A stretch of DNA of 64,000 nucleotides from Candidatus Limnocylindrales bacterium (GTDB lineage Bacteria; Chloroflexota; Limnocylindria; Limnocylindrales; CSP1-4). The notes beneath the pieces are model-generated. The model saw nothing but the letters and a program-made list of their open reading frames with translations. It made no database searches and was not told where the DNA came from. Position numbers and translations under genes: made by a program. The stretch is taken from assembly GCA_038915165.1 (NCBI GenBank), contig JBCLDE010000001.1:6234-70233 (forward strand), given 5' to 3'. Position 1 is the first letter of the stretch; the number at the start of each line of letters is the position of its first letter. This document shows, piece after piece, positions 8,875 through 19,300 of this stretch.

Positions 8875-11163
8875 ATGGCCGTCCGTCTTCAGATGAAACT
8901 CGGCGTCGTCGCCGAACATGACCGACTCCCCGACTCGCCGGACACACTTGTCGTGGTCGAGCCGAGTGTCGGTTCTGTCGCGCGCTCCAAGGGCCACCTC
9001 TACCTCCTGGTGACCTCGCGGATCTCCACGCGCCACGCCCTCGAGGCCACCCGGCTGACGGCGGAGACGATCCGCAACGAGTACTACTACGACGAGTCGG
9101 CGGGCATCCGGGTCTGCCTCCAGAAGGCGATCGCGACCGCCAACAAACGGCTCGTTCATCAGGCAGACCGGCTCGGCCTGAAGACCGCGGACGACAACGG
9201 CCCGATCGGGATCGGCGTGGCCGTCGTGCGCGGCAGCGAGCTGTATGTCGCTACGGTCGGACCGGCCGAGGCCTACCTCATCCGCCAGGCCCGCCTGTCG
9301 ACGTTGCTGGATCCCCACCGAGAACGCGGCCTTCCGTCAAGCGCCCTGCAACCGGACGTCTGGCGCGGCGAGATCTCGGTCGGGGACTCGCTCGTGCTCA
9401 TCTCTCCCAACGTCATCGCCAAGATCGGCTTGGATGAGCTCAAGGACGCGATGCTGACGCTTCACCCGCAATCGGCGATGGAGCACCTGCACCACCGCTT
9501 CGCGGCGTCCGACGGGTCCGGCAGCGACGGGGCCATCGCCTTCGAGGCGACGGAGGTCTCGTCCACCAGTCGCTCACGAACGCTGGTCCCGGTCCGACCA
9601 GCCCAGCCGCTCGCCGGCGCTCCGGATCGGTCGCCGATCCCGCTGGCCGATAACGTCCAGGCGGCCGGCATCGCGGTCAGCGCCGCGGCCGGGAACGCCC
9701 GGACCGCTGCCGGCGGCGCACTGGAGCGGGTCGTGGCCAAGGTCCAGGACCTCATGCCGCGACGAAAACCGGCTTACCGCAGGATCACCCCCCTGGCGTC
9801 GCGCCGTGAAACCCAGCGAAGGGCGGCACTGGCCCTGCTGGCCCTCATCGTCGTCGTCGGCGGACTGGGACTCGCCGTCTACATGTTCGGAGGCACCTCG
9901 CCCAAGGAGGCGATCAGCTCCGTGAACGTCGGGCAGAAGGCGCTCGATGCCGCGAAGGCGGATCTGGCAAAGGTCACGGGCGCCGGCATCGACCTCGTGA
10001 GCGACGACCCCAAGCAAGCATTGGAGCTGCTGACCGATGCGCACACGCAGCTCGACATCGCCCAGTCCGCCAATGTCAGTCCGACGGTCATCGCACCGCT
10101 GCGCGCCCAGGCGGTCGCCGGGCTCGATCGCCTGTATGGCGTCGTGCCGGTCGACGCGACGAGACTGTTCACATTCACGCCGGCCGAGGGCGCCGACCCC
10201 ATCGACCTGCGGGCGATCGTCCGCGGCCCCGACGGCGCCCCGTACGTCCTGGATCGAACCACCAAGACCGTCTATCGGATCGATCTCAAGAACCAGAAGG
10301 CGACCGCAGTCGCGCGACTTGGCACGAAGGCGGCAGGTGGGACAGTGGCGACCCCGCGCTACCTGTCGGTCGGCGGTCCGGACCTGCTGATCCTCGACAG
10401 CAAGAACGTCCTGTGGCGCTGGCGACCGGCCGACGACACGGGCAAGGGGACGCTCACGAAGATCATCGTCCAGGGCGCCGCCTCGTGGGGCAACGACATC
10501 GTGGGCATCGACACGTTCCTGCGGGATGGGTCGCGCGGCCTCTACAACCTGTACGTCGTCGACCCGTCCGAAAAGCAGATCCGGGCCTATTCTCCGGCCG
10601 CCGACGGCAGCGGCTTCCCGGACGAGTCGACCGACTGGCTGGCCACCGCACGCGAGATGGCGGCGACGACCTCCACGTACGTCAACGGCGACCTGTACGC
10701 GGTCGACGGGGGCGAGCTGCTTCGCTTCGTGTCCGGCAAGAGCGAAGGCTGGGACGCGAAGGCCCCGCCAGATGGCCAGCTGCGGCCGGCACCCAGATAC
10801 GCCTTCGTGTCCGGGGAAGTGCCGTTCGTCAAGGAGCTGCGCCGGACGGGCGAGATCTACGCCTTCGACAAGACGAACAGCCGGCTCATCGCGCTCGACA
10901 AGGTCGACGGCACGTACCGCGCCCAGTACCGCCTGGCGGGCGGGGTCAGGGATTGGTCCGACCTGCGCGGGATGTACATCATCCCAGGCGTCCAGGACGC
11001 ACCGGCCACGCTCGTCTGGCTGTCGCGCGACGGCGTCCACCAGTCCGTTCTGGAGGCGGTACCAGACGTCGCGCCGAAACCGAGCGCCAGCCCGGCGACG
11101 AGCCCGGCGACGAGCCCAAGCGGGCCGGTGAAGGCGACCCCGAAGCCCACCAAGAAGCCCTGA
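8875..11163 (+). CDS. single-pass membrane protein: degenerate PP2C-like cytoplasmic domain, TM helix, beta-propeller-like ectodomain, Pro/Ser/Thr-rich tail
   Basis: The N-terminal ~230 aa follow the PPM layout (GIGVAVVRGSELYVATVGPAEAYLIRQARLSTLLDP; GDSLVLISPNV), but Asp-containing metal motifs are replaced. The TM helix is AALALLALIVVVGGLGLAVYMFG. The C-terminal ~400 aa carry repeated strand motifs (YVLDRTTKTVYRIDL, YAFDKTNSRLIALD). Confidence 0.6.
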   Translation: MAVRLQMKLGVVAEHDRLPDSPDTLVVVEPSVGSVARSKGHLYLLVTSRISTRHALEATRLTAETIRNEYYYDESAGIRVCLQKAIATANKRLVHQADRLGLKTADDNGPIGIGVAVVRGSELYVATVGPAEAYLIRQARLSTLLDPHRERGLPSSALQPDVWRGEISVGDSLVLISPNVIAKIGLDELKDAMLTLHPQSAMEHLHHRFAASDGSGSDGAIAFEATEVSSTSRSRTLVPVRPAQPLAGAPDRSPIPLADNVQAAGIAVSAAAGNARTAAGGALERVVAKVQDLMPRRKPAYRRITPLASRRETQRRAALALLALIVVVGGLGLAVYMFGGTSPKEAISSVNVGQKALDAAKADLAKVTGAGIDLVSDDPKQALELLTDAHTQLDIAQSANVSPTVIAPLRAQAVAGLDRLYGVVPVDATRLFTFTPAEGADPIDLRAIVRGPDGAPYVLDRTTKTVYRIDLKNQKATAVARLGTKAAGGTVATPRYLSVGGPDLLILDSKNVLWRWRPADDTGKGTLTKIIVQGAASWGNDIVGIDTFLRDGSRGLYNLYVVDPSEKQIRAYSPAADGSGFPDESTDWLATAREMAATTSTYVNGDLYAVDGGELLRFVSGKSEGWDAKAPPDGQLRPAPRYAFVSGEVPFVKELRRTGEIYAFDKTNSRLIALDKVDGTYRAQYRLAGGVRDWSDLRGMYIIPGVQDAPATLVWLSRDGVHQSVLEAVPDVAPKPSASPATSPATSPSGPVKATPKPTKKP

Positions 11164-11176
11164 CCGGCCGGCGTCC

Positions 11177-11896
11177 GTGATCCCGCTTCGGGATGCCAAT
11201 CCGACGCGCCGGACACCGCTGGTCACGCTGGCCATCGCCGTCGCGTGCTTCGTCGCCTTTGCCTGGGAACTCGGCCTGCTGGCCAGTGGCGGCGAGGTCG
11301 CGCTGGACGCCTTCGTGACGAGCTGGGGCGTCGTGCCGGCCGACCTGACCGCCGCCTGGTCGCGCGGCGACGTCCTGTCGCGTGAGACCGCCACGCTCAT
11401 CGCCAGCCAGTTCCTCCACGGCAGCTGGCTGCATCTGCTCGGCAACATGCTCTATCTGTGGATCTTCGGCAACAACGTCGAGGACCGGCTGGGCCGCGTG
11501 GTCTTTGTGGCGTTCTACCTGACCGGTGGAGTGCTGGCCGGTTTGAGCCAGGTCGCCATCGATCCGTCGTCGTCGGTCCCGACGATCGGCGCCTCCGGGG
11601 CGATCGCGGCAACCCTCGGGGCGTACCTCGTGCTCTTTCCGCGAGCACGGATCACCTCGCTCGTCTTCCTCGGGTTCTTCTACCAGCTCATCAACGTCCC
11701 GGCGATCATCGTCCTCGGTTTCTGGTTCGTCCTGCAGGTCGTCGATGGCATCGCCTCGCTCGGCGTGACGACGGTCGGTGGTGTCGCCGTCTTCGCCCAC
11801 ATCGGCGGTTTCGTGGCGGGGGCGCTGGCGGCCCGGCTGCTGTTCGTCCGTGCCGGGCGGCGCGGGCGGTCGACGGCCCCGCCTGCCGTGGGATAA
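11177..11896 (+). CDS. rhomboid family intramembrane serine protease
   Basis: FLHGSWLHLLGNMLYLWIFGNNVEDRLG, the catalytic-Ser motif GASGAIAATLGAY and the His motif FAHIGGFVAGAL are all present. Confidence 0.85.
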   Translation: MIPLRDANPTRRTPLVTLAIAVACFVAFAWELGLLASGGEVALDAFVTSWGVVPADLTAAWSRGDVLSRETATLIASQFLHGSWLHLLGNMLYLWIFGNNVEDRLGRVVFVAFYLTGGVLAGLSQVAIDPSSSVPTIGASGAIAATLGAYLVLFPRARITSLVFLGFFYQLINVPAIIVLGFWFVLQVVDGIASLGVTTVGGVAVFAHIGGFVAGALAARLLFVRAGRRGRSTAPPAVG

Positions 11897-11903
11897 TCGC
11901 CGC

Positions 11904-12458
11904 ATGGACGACGGGCTGGTCGAAATGGTCGTCGAGAGCGTCCGGGTCCACATGCTCTCCAGCCGCCACGTGGTCATCCTCAAGGAGGCGGCCCGCGATC
12001 GTTACCTGCCGATCTGGATCGGCCCGTGGGAGGCGAGCGCGATCGCGATGAAACTGCAGGGCCTGACCCCTCAGCGGCCGCTTACCCACGACCTGTTCGC
12101 GACGATGCTGAATGAGCTGGGCGCTCGTATCCTCCGGGTCGTCATCACCGAGCTGGCCGACGAGACGTTCCATGCCAGGATCCTGCTCGAACGGGATGGC
12201 CGGATCATCGAGGTCGACGCCCGACCCTCCGACGCCCTCGCCCTGGCCGTTCGCTCCGATGTCAAGATCTTCGCTGCGAGCGCGGTCCTGGAGCAGGTCG
12301 CGTTAGGCGGCAACGCCGATCTCGGGGGCGCGGAGGGCGGCCTTGGATCGACCCATGAGGCGACCGGCGAGCAGCTCGTCGACCCACGCCTGGACGTCTT
12401 CCGCGATTTCGTGAATTCGCTCGATGCCGACGCTGAGGGCGGCAGCCGCTCCAGTTAG
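11904..12458 (+). CDS. bifunctional nuclease (BFN/DUF151) family protein
   Basis: The product reads MDDGLVEMVVESVRVHMLSSRHVVILKEAARDRYLPIWIGPWEASAIAMKLQGLTPQRPLTHDLF...VDARPSDALALAVRSDVKIFA, a strong BFN pattern. Confidence 0.8.
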   Translation: MDDGLVEMVVESVRVHMLSSRHVVILKEAARDRYLPIWIGPWEASAIAMKLQGLTPQRPLTHDLFATMLNELGARILRVVITELADETFHARILLERDGRIIEVDARPSDALALAVRSDVKIFAASAVLEQVALGGNADLGGAEGGLGSTHEATGEQLVDPRLDVFRDFVNSLDADAEGGSRSS

Positions 12459-13231
12459 ATGGCCGGTGGCGCTGCCGGGCCCAGGATCGGCGCCCCGCGG
12501 CGCAACGCCCGGGCCTTGTTGACCCACATGTGCAGGCGGAGTCGCCAGAAATCGCGCACCGCGTGGAGGATGACGATGGGCTTCGCCCCGGTGGCCGATC
12601 CGGCCGTGCGCGGGTAGTGAGGGACGCCAACCTCGGCCACGGAACGCCCGGCCGCCTGTAGCTTGATGAGCAGCTCGGCGGAGAAGAAGGCGCCCTGCGA
12701 CTCGATCGCGATCCCTTCGAGCGCCTCCCGGCGGAAGAGCTTGCAGGCGCCGTCGACATCGGTCACCCTCAGGCCGAAGAAGATGCGATTGGCCAGCCGG
12801 TACGCGCGGGCGTAGACAGTCCGCAGGAGTGGATCGGCACGCTTGATCCGGAGACCCGCCACGACGTCGGGTGCGTCCGGCGCAGCCAGGCGGGCCGTCA
12901 GGCGGCCGATGTCGACGACCCGGAACTGGCGGTCGCCGTCGGTGAAGGCGATGAGCTCGTAGCGGGCGGCCCCGAACCCCGACAGCAGTGCGGCCCCGTA
13001 GCCGCGGTTGACCGGGTGATGGACGACGCGCACGACGTCCGGGTGGCGGGCGGCGAGCGCGTCGGCGAGATCCGGCGTCCCGTCGCGGGAGCCGTCGTCG
13101 ACGGCGATGATCTCGAACGTATGGGCCAGGCTCGGCAGCGTGGCGAGGGCCTCATCGACCAGCGCTTCGAGGTTGGCCTCCTCGTCATGTGCCGGGAAGA
13201 AATAGGAGAGACGGGCCACCCGGTCGGGCAT
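12455..13231 (-). CDS. GT2 family polyprenol-phosphate sugar synthase (Ppm1/DPM1-like; start ATG 13231, the longer track ORF is rejected)
   Basis: The product reads LSYFFPAHDEEANLEALVDEAL...EIIAVDDGSRDGT...HPVNRGYGAALLSGF...IAFTDGDRQF...GACKLFRREAL, with a GT-A DxD-type core. It is adjacent to GT-C enzymes that would use a lipid-linked donor. Confidence 0.8.
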   Translation of the reverse strand: MPDRVARLSYFFPAHDEEANLEALVDEALATLPSLAHTFEIIAVDDGSRDGTPDLADALAARHPDVVRVVHHPVNRGYGAALLSGFGAARYELIAFTDGDRQFRVVDIGRLTARLAAPDAPDVVAGLRIKRADPLLRTVYARAYRLANRIFFGLRVTDVDGACKLFRREALEGIAIESQGAFFSAELLIKLQAAGRSVAEVGVPHYPRTAGSATGAKPIVILHAVRDFWRLRLHMWVNKARALRRGAPILGPAAPPAI

Positions 13232-13345
13232 GGGGAAACGGTTCGCGTCGATCACGTTGGCGAGTTCTCCCAAGTATCCGTCGAGTCGGGTGTGCTCATC
13301 GGGCAACGGTAACCCCCGTCGGACAGATAGGCCATCATCGCGTCG

Positions 13346-14863
13346 ATGGAACGCGGCGCGGACACCGCCGGCCGGTTCAACCGGACTGCTCCCTGGCTCG
13401 TCGCCGGCTTCGCGTTCGTCATCTACGTCCGCACGCTCCTGCCGTCGGTCGCGTTCGGCGACTGGGGCGAGATGCAGACGGTCCCGCACGTCCTGGGAAT
13501 CGCCCATCCTACCGGCTACCCGACGTACGTGATGCTCGCGTGGCTGGCGGAGCTTGCACCTATCGGCTCGGTGGCGTTCCGGGCGAACCTGCTCTCGGCG
13601 GTCTTCGTGGCTGGGGCGCTGGCCACGTTCACGCTCATCTGCCTGCGCCTTGGCGTCCGACCGGTCCTGGCCATCGCGGCAGGGCTGGTCCTGGGCGTGG
13701 TCGGGACGGTCTGGGCGGCGGCGACGGTCGCCGAGGTGAACTCGCTCCACCTGCTGTTCGCCGCGCTCATCCTTCACCGAGCGCTCGTATGGGATGCCCG
13801 GCGGTCGCCGTCCGACTTGGCGCTGGGTGGGTTGCTCATAGGCCTCTCGGTCGGCAACCACCTGCTCACGCTGTTCATAGCGCCGCTTGTCGCGCTCCAC
13901 GTCCTGTGGGTCGGGCGGCGCGAGATCCGGGCACGGCCGTGGATCCTCGCCCTGCCGGTCTCCGGCGCCCTGGTCGGGCTCCTCGTCTACCTGTATATCC
14001 CGATCGCGGCGAGCTTCTCGCCGCCGCTCGGCTACAACCACCCGGTCACACTGGACGGCTTCTTCCTCGTGACGGGGGAGCAGTTCCGAGGCCAGTTCGA
14101 TTTCCTGTCGGCCGCGGGGCCGAGCGAGTTCGTGCGCTACCTGCCGGACCTGTGGGGCGTTCTCGTGTCGCGGGGCACGGCGGTCATGCCGGTCCTGGGC
14201 TTCGCCGGGCTGCTTGTGCTCGTGCTCCGGCGACCCGCGTTCGGGCTGTTGTGCTCGGCCGTGCTCGTCACCGGGCTTTACCTCTGGGCAAACTACCTGC
14301 GGCTTGAGCACTACCTGCTCGTGCCGTGGCTGCTGCTCGCGATCGGGATGGCGGTCGCGCGCGTGCTCGATGGCGCCATCGCGCGCGTGGTCGGGCGTGC
14401 TGGCGGCGGCCTTGCGGCGTCAGTCGCAGCCCTCGCCCTCGTCGTTGGCGTGCTGAACTGGCCCGCCTCCGACCGCAGTGGCGACCGATCCGCAAGCGAG
14501 TACGCCGACGCGGTCTTCTCGGCGCTCCCGCAGAACGCCGCGATCCTCGTCTGGTGGGACGCAGCGTCGCCGCTGTGGTACGGCCGTTATATCGAGGGGC
14601 GTCGGCCGGACGTGCTCATCGTGGACGACACGAATATCGTGTATGAGGGGTGGGGCACGCGGGAGGCTCGGATCGCATCGCTGATCTGCCAGCGACCGGT
14701 CTATATCATCCGGCCCGCCGACGTCGAACTGATCCCGACGGCCGCGAGGTACCGGCTCGAACCGATCCTCACGGTCTCGGTGGCGATCGGGACCCCCACC
14801 GCCGGCGAAACCCGGCGGATCTATCGCGTGCATGCTCTCGATTCGAAGGCCTGCGGCGGGTAG
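13346..14863 (+). CDS. DUF2723 / TMEM260-like GT-C membrane glycosyltransferase
   Basis: The N-terminal motif is YVRTLLPSVAFGDWGEMQTVPHVLGIAHPTGYPTYVML. It is followed by many TM helices and a soluble C-terminal domain. Confidence 0.7.
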   Translation: MERGADTAGRFNRTAPWLVAGFAFVIYVRTLLPSVAFGDWGEMQTVPHVLGIAHPTGYPTYVMLAWLAELAPIGSVAFRANLLSAVFVAGALATFTLICLRLGVRPVLAIAAGLVLGVVGTVWAAATVAEVNSLHLLFAALILHRALVWDARRSPSDLALGGLLIGLSVGNHLLTLFIAPLVALHVLWVGRREIRARPWILALPVSGALVGLLVYLYIPIAASFSPPLGYNHPVTLDGFFLVTGEQFRGQFDFLSAAGPSEFVRYLPDLWGVLVSRGTAVMPVLGFAGLLVLVLRRPAFGLLCSAVLVTGLYLWANYLRLEHYLLVPWLLLAIGMAVARVLDGAIARVVGRAGGGLAASVAALALVVGVLNWPASDRSGDRSASEYADAVFSALPQNAAILVWWDAASPLWYGRYIEGRRPDVLIVDDTNIVYEGWGTREARIASLICQRPVYIIRPADVELIPTAARYRLEPILTVSVAIGTPTAGETRRIYRVHALDSKACGG

Positions 14864-14899
14864 CCGGCCGGGTGGGCCGTACCTACAGGCGAGTGAGCG

Positions 14900-16336
14900 T
14901 CACCATCCCAGCAACCGACTCCACAGCACCCCCCACAGGTTGATCGCGACCGACAGCACGATGAGGCCGATAGCGAGCGGCATGCCCCACGAGCGCCGGT
15001 CGGCGAGCCGCTGGAACCCGAGCGCGACCAGGAGCAGGGCGAACGGCGCCGCGTCGTTGCTGAACCGATACCCGAATTGGACCCAGCCCTGGCTGAAGTG
15101 CATGAGGTTGACGAACGCGATGGCCACGACCGCCACGGTCGCACCGCTCACCAGGCGACCGCGGCCATAGCGGCCGAGGACCACGATCGCGAGCAGGTAG
15201 GCCGGGCTCGTCAGGATGACGCTCATCCCGGTGTCGCGCGGGACGGCGAGCGGGCAGGCCAGGTCGAATAGGCTACGGACGGCCCCCGGCTCCGTACACA
15301 CGGGTTGCGGGGCGATGGCCAGGCTGTCCGGCAGGGCGGCCGGGAAGATGTCGGGCAACCCGAACAGCGCGATGCCGAGGTTCTGGGGCAGGTAGCGCGG
15401 GTCCTCCACCGCCCAATCCGGATGGTAGCCGAGGCTGGGGTAGCCGTAGCTTTCCAGCTGGTAGAGGTAGTCGTAGGCCGGATGGAAGACGTGGCCGGTC
15501 GTCACCACGTTGTAGGCGATCAAGGCGAGGACCGGCAGTGCCGCCCCGAGGCCGGCTGACCAGGTCCGCCGACGCCAGTCGCCACCGCCCCCGACGAGCG
15601 CGAAGAACGGTGCCCCGAAGATAACGGTCAAGCGGGCGGTGCAGGCCAGCCCGAACAGGAACCCGGCCACGAACTGGCGCGGATCGACCGCCAGCCTGCC
15701 GCCGAGGCGCCGACCAGCACGACCGGCGGCGGACTCCGGGTCGGCGCCGAGGGCGATCCCGATGGCCAGGAAGGTCAGCCCCACGGCCGCGATGTGGGCC
15801 TGGTACCAGGTCGTCGAGAGCTGGGCGCTATACCAGAAGACGGTGCCGAAGGCGAAGAACAGGGTGGTGCACAGCCGGACCGCCGGCCGCACCGGGAGGC
15901 GACCCAGCACCCACCAGCAGAGCGCGACGTCAGTCGCGGCCAGGATGGTGAAGATGGTCTGATCGTCCGTGGCGAGGCCCCACAAGGCCACGAACGGGAG
16001 AAGCACGATGGCGGGCAGCGGCGGGAAGGGGAGCAGGCCACGCGGCACGCCGTTCGCCTTCACGATCGGCAGGACGTCCTGGAAATAGTCGTTCCCGGGC
16101 GCTCCGCCGACGCTGAGGACCGGGTAGCGGATCGCGGCTTGACCCTCGAGGAACGCGGCCGCCTGCCAGACGAAGTGGTCGTAATAGCGGTCCGCCGCGG
16201 TCGCCAGGTACACGGCCGATGACCCGAACACGAGTAACAGCCCGACCACGATGGCCAGCCCTCGGGCGTAGCGCGCGTCGGGCCAGGATGCCGTGTCGGG
16301 GTCTGCCAGGCGACCCTGTGCTACGCTCCGATCCAC
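14900..16336 (-). CDS. polytopic GT-C fold glycosyltransferase (ArnT/PMT-like); start uncertain (ORF to 16495, GTG at 16336)
   Basis: The protein has about 11 hydrophobic segments. The periplasmic-loop-like motif is DRYYDHFVWQAAAFLEGQAAIRYPV...GLLPFPPLPAIVLLPFVALWG. It sits inside the glycosyltransferase cluster. Confidence 0.55.
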   Translation of the reverse strand: MDRSVAQGRLADPDTASWPDARYARGLAIVVGLLLVFGSSAVYLATAADRYYDHFVWQAAAFLEGQAAIRYPVLSVGGAPGNDYFQDVLPIVKANGVPRGLLPFPPLPAIVLLPFVALWGLATDDQTIFTILAATDVALCWWVLGRLPVRPAVRLCTTLFFAFGTVFWYSAQLSTTWYQAHIAAVGLTFLAIGIALGADPESAAGRAGRRLGGRLAVDPRQFVAGFLFGLACTARLTVIFGAPFFALVGGGGDWRRRTWSAGLGAALPVLALIAYNVVTTGHVFHPAYDYLYQLESYGYPSLGYHPDWAVEDPRYLPQNLGIALFGLPDIFPAALPDSLAIAPQPVCTEPGAVRSLFDLACPLAVPRDTGMSVILTSPAYLLAIVVLGRYGRGRLVSGATVAVVAIAFVNLMHFSQGWVQFGYRFSNDAAPFALLLVALGFQRLADRRSWGMPLAIGLIVLSVAINLWGVLWSRLLGW

Positions 16337-16367
16337 CTTTCCACGCTCGTGCAGGAGCCGATTCCCG

Positions 16368-19300
16368 GTGACTGGCCCCGCATCAGGTGGGACCGAGCAA
16401 GGCACACGAGCGCCGTCGCGGCTGACCGGGACGCAGGGAGCCGTCGGCGCGGTCCTCGTGGTCCTCGCGCTCGGTCTCGCCCTTCGATTCATCATCGCAT
16501 ACCTGCTGCCAGGGTCTGGATTCGGAGTGGATCTGGGCGCGTTCCGGTTCTGGGCGCACGACCTCGCGACGAACGGCCCAGCGGGCTTCTACGAGCGAGA
16601 CTTCTTCCACGACTACACGCCCGGCTACCTCTACGTCCTGTGGCTGGTCGGCATCGTCGGCAACGTCGTGGGTGGCGTCGGCGACCTCATCAAGGTGCCG
16701 GCGATCCTGGCCGACCTGGCCATCGGCTGGCTGGTCTGGTCGATGATCCTGGAGCTCGGAGGTCGCCGCAGCCTGGCGCTTGGGGCCGCTCTCGTCGCGG
16801 TCGCGAACCCGATCAGCTGGTTCGACAGCGTCGTCTGGGGCCAGGTCGATTCGGTGGGCGTCGTCTTCCTGCTGCTCGGCCTCCGCGAACTCTGGCGCGA
16901 CCGCCCGGAGAGGGCCGCGATCTTCACCGTGATCGCCGCCCTGATCAAGCCGCAACTCGGGATCCTCATCCCGATCCTCGCGCTGGTGACGATCCGCCGC
17001 GCGTTCTGGCCCGTCCGCGATCCGGTGGTCGCGATCCAGCCCGAGTCGACCGCGGTCGCCGGCATCTGGGCCCGCTTCCTCGCCTGGGAGCGCCGGACGG
17101 ACCACCCGTTCCGGATCGTCACGACCGGACTGGTGGCCCTGCTCACGACCGTCCTGCTGTGCCTGCCGTTCGGGCTCTCCGTCCTGGAGTTCAGCCCCGA
17201 GGCGCCGTACCTTAAGTCCGGCCTGATCGCCCAGATCTTCGCCACGGCGTCCGGCTATCCGTATCTGACGGTCAACGCCTTCAACCCTTGGGCCCTCCTT
17301 GCGGGCGACACGGGCTACAGCCTCGCCAACGCCGGACTGTGGGTCTGCGACGGTCCATGGGGGCCCGACAAGTGCGGCTCGGGGGTCGCGTTCCTCGGCA
17401 CCATCCCGGCGGTCCTGGTCGGGAGCCTGCTGATGATGATCGTGACGGTCGTCATCTCGTTCGTGGCCGCGCGGCGCCCGGACCGCCTCACGATCCTCCT
17501 CAGCCTGACCCTGCTCGCACTGGCCTTCTACGTCGTTCCCACCCGCGTCCACGAGCGCTACGCCTACCCGTTCTTCGCGCTTGCGATCATGCTCGCGGTC
17601 ATCGCCTGCCGCTGGCGGATGGCCTATCTCGTCCTGTCAGTGACGATCCTGCTGAACATGTACGCGGTCCTGACAAACCCGTTCTACGCGAACCCGGGAA
17701 TCAGCGACTGGCTTGGCATCGGACCGCTGATCCGGTCTGAACCGGGCGTCGCGGTCATCGCGCTGATCAATGGCGCGGTCTTCCTGTGGGCATTCGCCCA
17801 GCTTCGTGCCGGGGCGCGCAACAGTTTGGCGAAGGGCCTGGCAACCGAGGAGGCGCGCGCACTGGCGGAGGACGAGCCGCTTGCCCATCGCGCCGGCGTT
17901 GTGCGCGACCCCCCACCGCCTTCTCCGGCCGTTCGTGAGGCGACCGCGGCGGCGGCAGACGATCACGGGAGCGCCACGGCTGGATCGACCGGTCCCGCGA
18001 TCACCGCGATCACCGCGGCGCTCCCGACCTGGACGCCGCGCCCCACCTACGCGGAGATCGGTGTCCTCGGCTGGTTCAAGGCACGCCTGCGCGAGGCGCC
18101 CATCCGGCCGGACCGCAGCGCAGCGCTTCGATCCGAACGTCGCGGCCGTCTCGATCGGCTCGACCTATGGCTCCTCGTCGTGCTCGTCGTCGCGGCGATG
18201 TTCCTGCGCACCTTCCGGCTGGCCGAGCCGCACCAGATGCACTTCGACGAGGTCTACCACGCCCGGACTGCGACCGAGTTCCTGCAGGCCTGGCGCTACG
18301 GCCTGTCGCACGACATCTACGAGTGGACCCATCCGCATCTCGCCAAGTACGCGATGGCCGGTGGCCTGGTCCTGTGGGGCCAGGATCAGGCTAAAGCCAC
18401 CAGCGACCTCGGCGTCTCGGTCAAGGCGTCCGTCGTCGAACCGCGCCGGGACGACCCGCTCTCGCCCGGAGGCCGAAGCGGCGAGCGGCTGCACGTCGCT
18501 ACCGGCTCTGAGGTCCGGACCTACGACCTGCGCACGCGGCGGCTCGTCTCGGTCGTGCAGGCTGCGGGAGCGTCTGCGCTGGCGATCGACAAAACCGGCA
18601 ACCGGCTCATCGTCGGGAACGAGGCGGGCCAGATCTCGACCATCGATCTGTCCGTGCTGGGGAGCGCCGGCGTCGATCCGGGCGGCGAGGCGTTCCCGTT
18701 GGCGACCGTCGACCACCCGGTCGCGAACCTGCTGGTGACCGCTGACGGCGCTTCCATCGTGGCGGCCTCAGCCGACCGCCTGTCAGTCGTGGATCTGGCC
18801 ACGGGCGACGTTCGAGGCAGTCTGGCCCTGCCCGGCATCGCCGACCTGGCGCCCGGCGGCAGTGGTTCTGCGCTGGTGGCAAGGGTCGACGAGGCCAGCG
18901 ATCCGGCGGCGCTCGCCAGCACCCTGGCGGAGCTGTTGTCGGGGGACGCGTCCGACTATGAGGCGCGTCTCGCCAAGGGATCGCCGGGCAGCACCGTCGT
19001 CCTCGGCAGCCCTGGGACCGGCGACGCGCGCAAGGCCCTCGACACGGCGCTCGCCGATGGCCGCCTGCCGGGCGTCAGCATCGACGACGTCGCCCGGGTG
19101 GCCGTCGCGACCAGCGAAGGTGTCACGTTCATCGATCCGGCCCGCGTTTCGAAGGTCAGCACCACCACGCTCAGTGGCGGCGCCCACGGCCTGGCGTTCG
19201 TCACCGGCCTCGCCGACCCCAGGCTCTACGTCACGACCGGCGCGGACTCGGATCCCGGGTACCAGGTCATCGCGGTCGGGGGCGACAGCGCCAAGGCCGG

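Noticed and set aside
7628-8947. 439-aa minus-strand ORF antisense to recF and the DUF721 gene
   Set aside because: It is extremely Arg/Pro/Ala-rich with no motifs. recF on the opposite strand is unambiguous.
9574-11448. 624-aa minus-strand ORF antisense to the PP2C-like gene and the rhomboid gene
   Set aside because: It is Arg/Asp/Gly-rich and featureless. The sense-strand proteins have clear domain signatures.
16293-16495. Apparent 200-nt head-to-head overlap of the divergent GT-C ORFs
   Set aside because: The overlap is produced by taking the longest ORFs. The internal GTG starts (16336 minus, 16368 plus) precede the first TM helices and remove it. The true starts remain uncertain.
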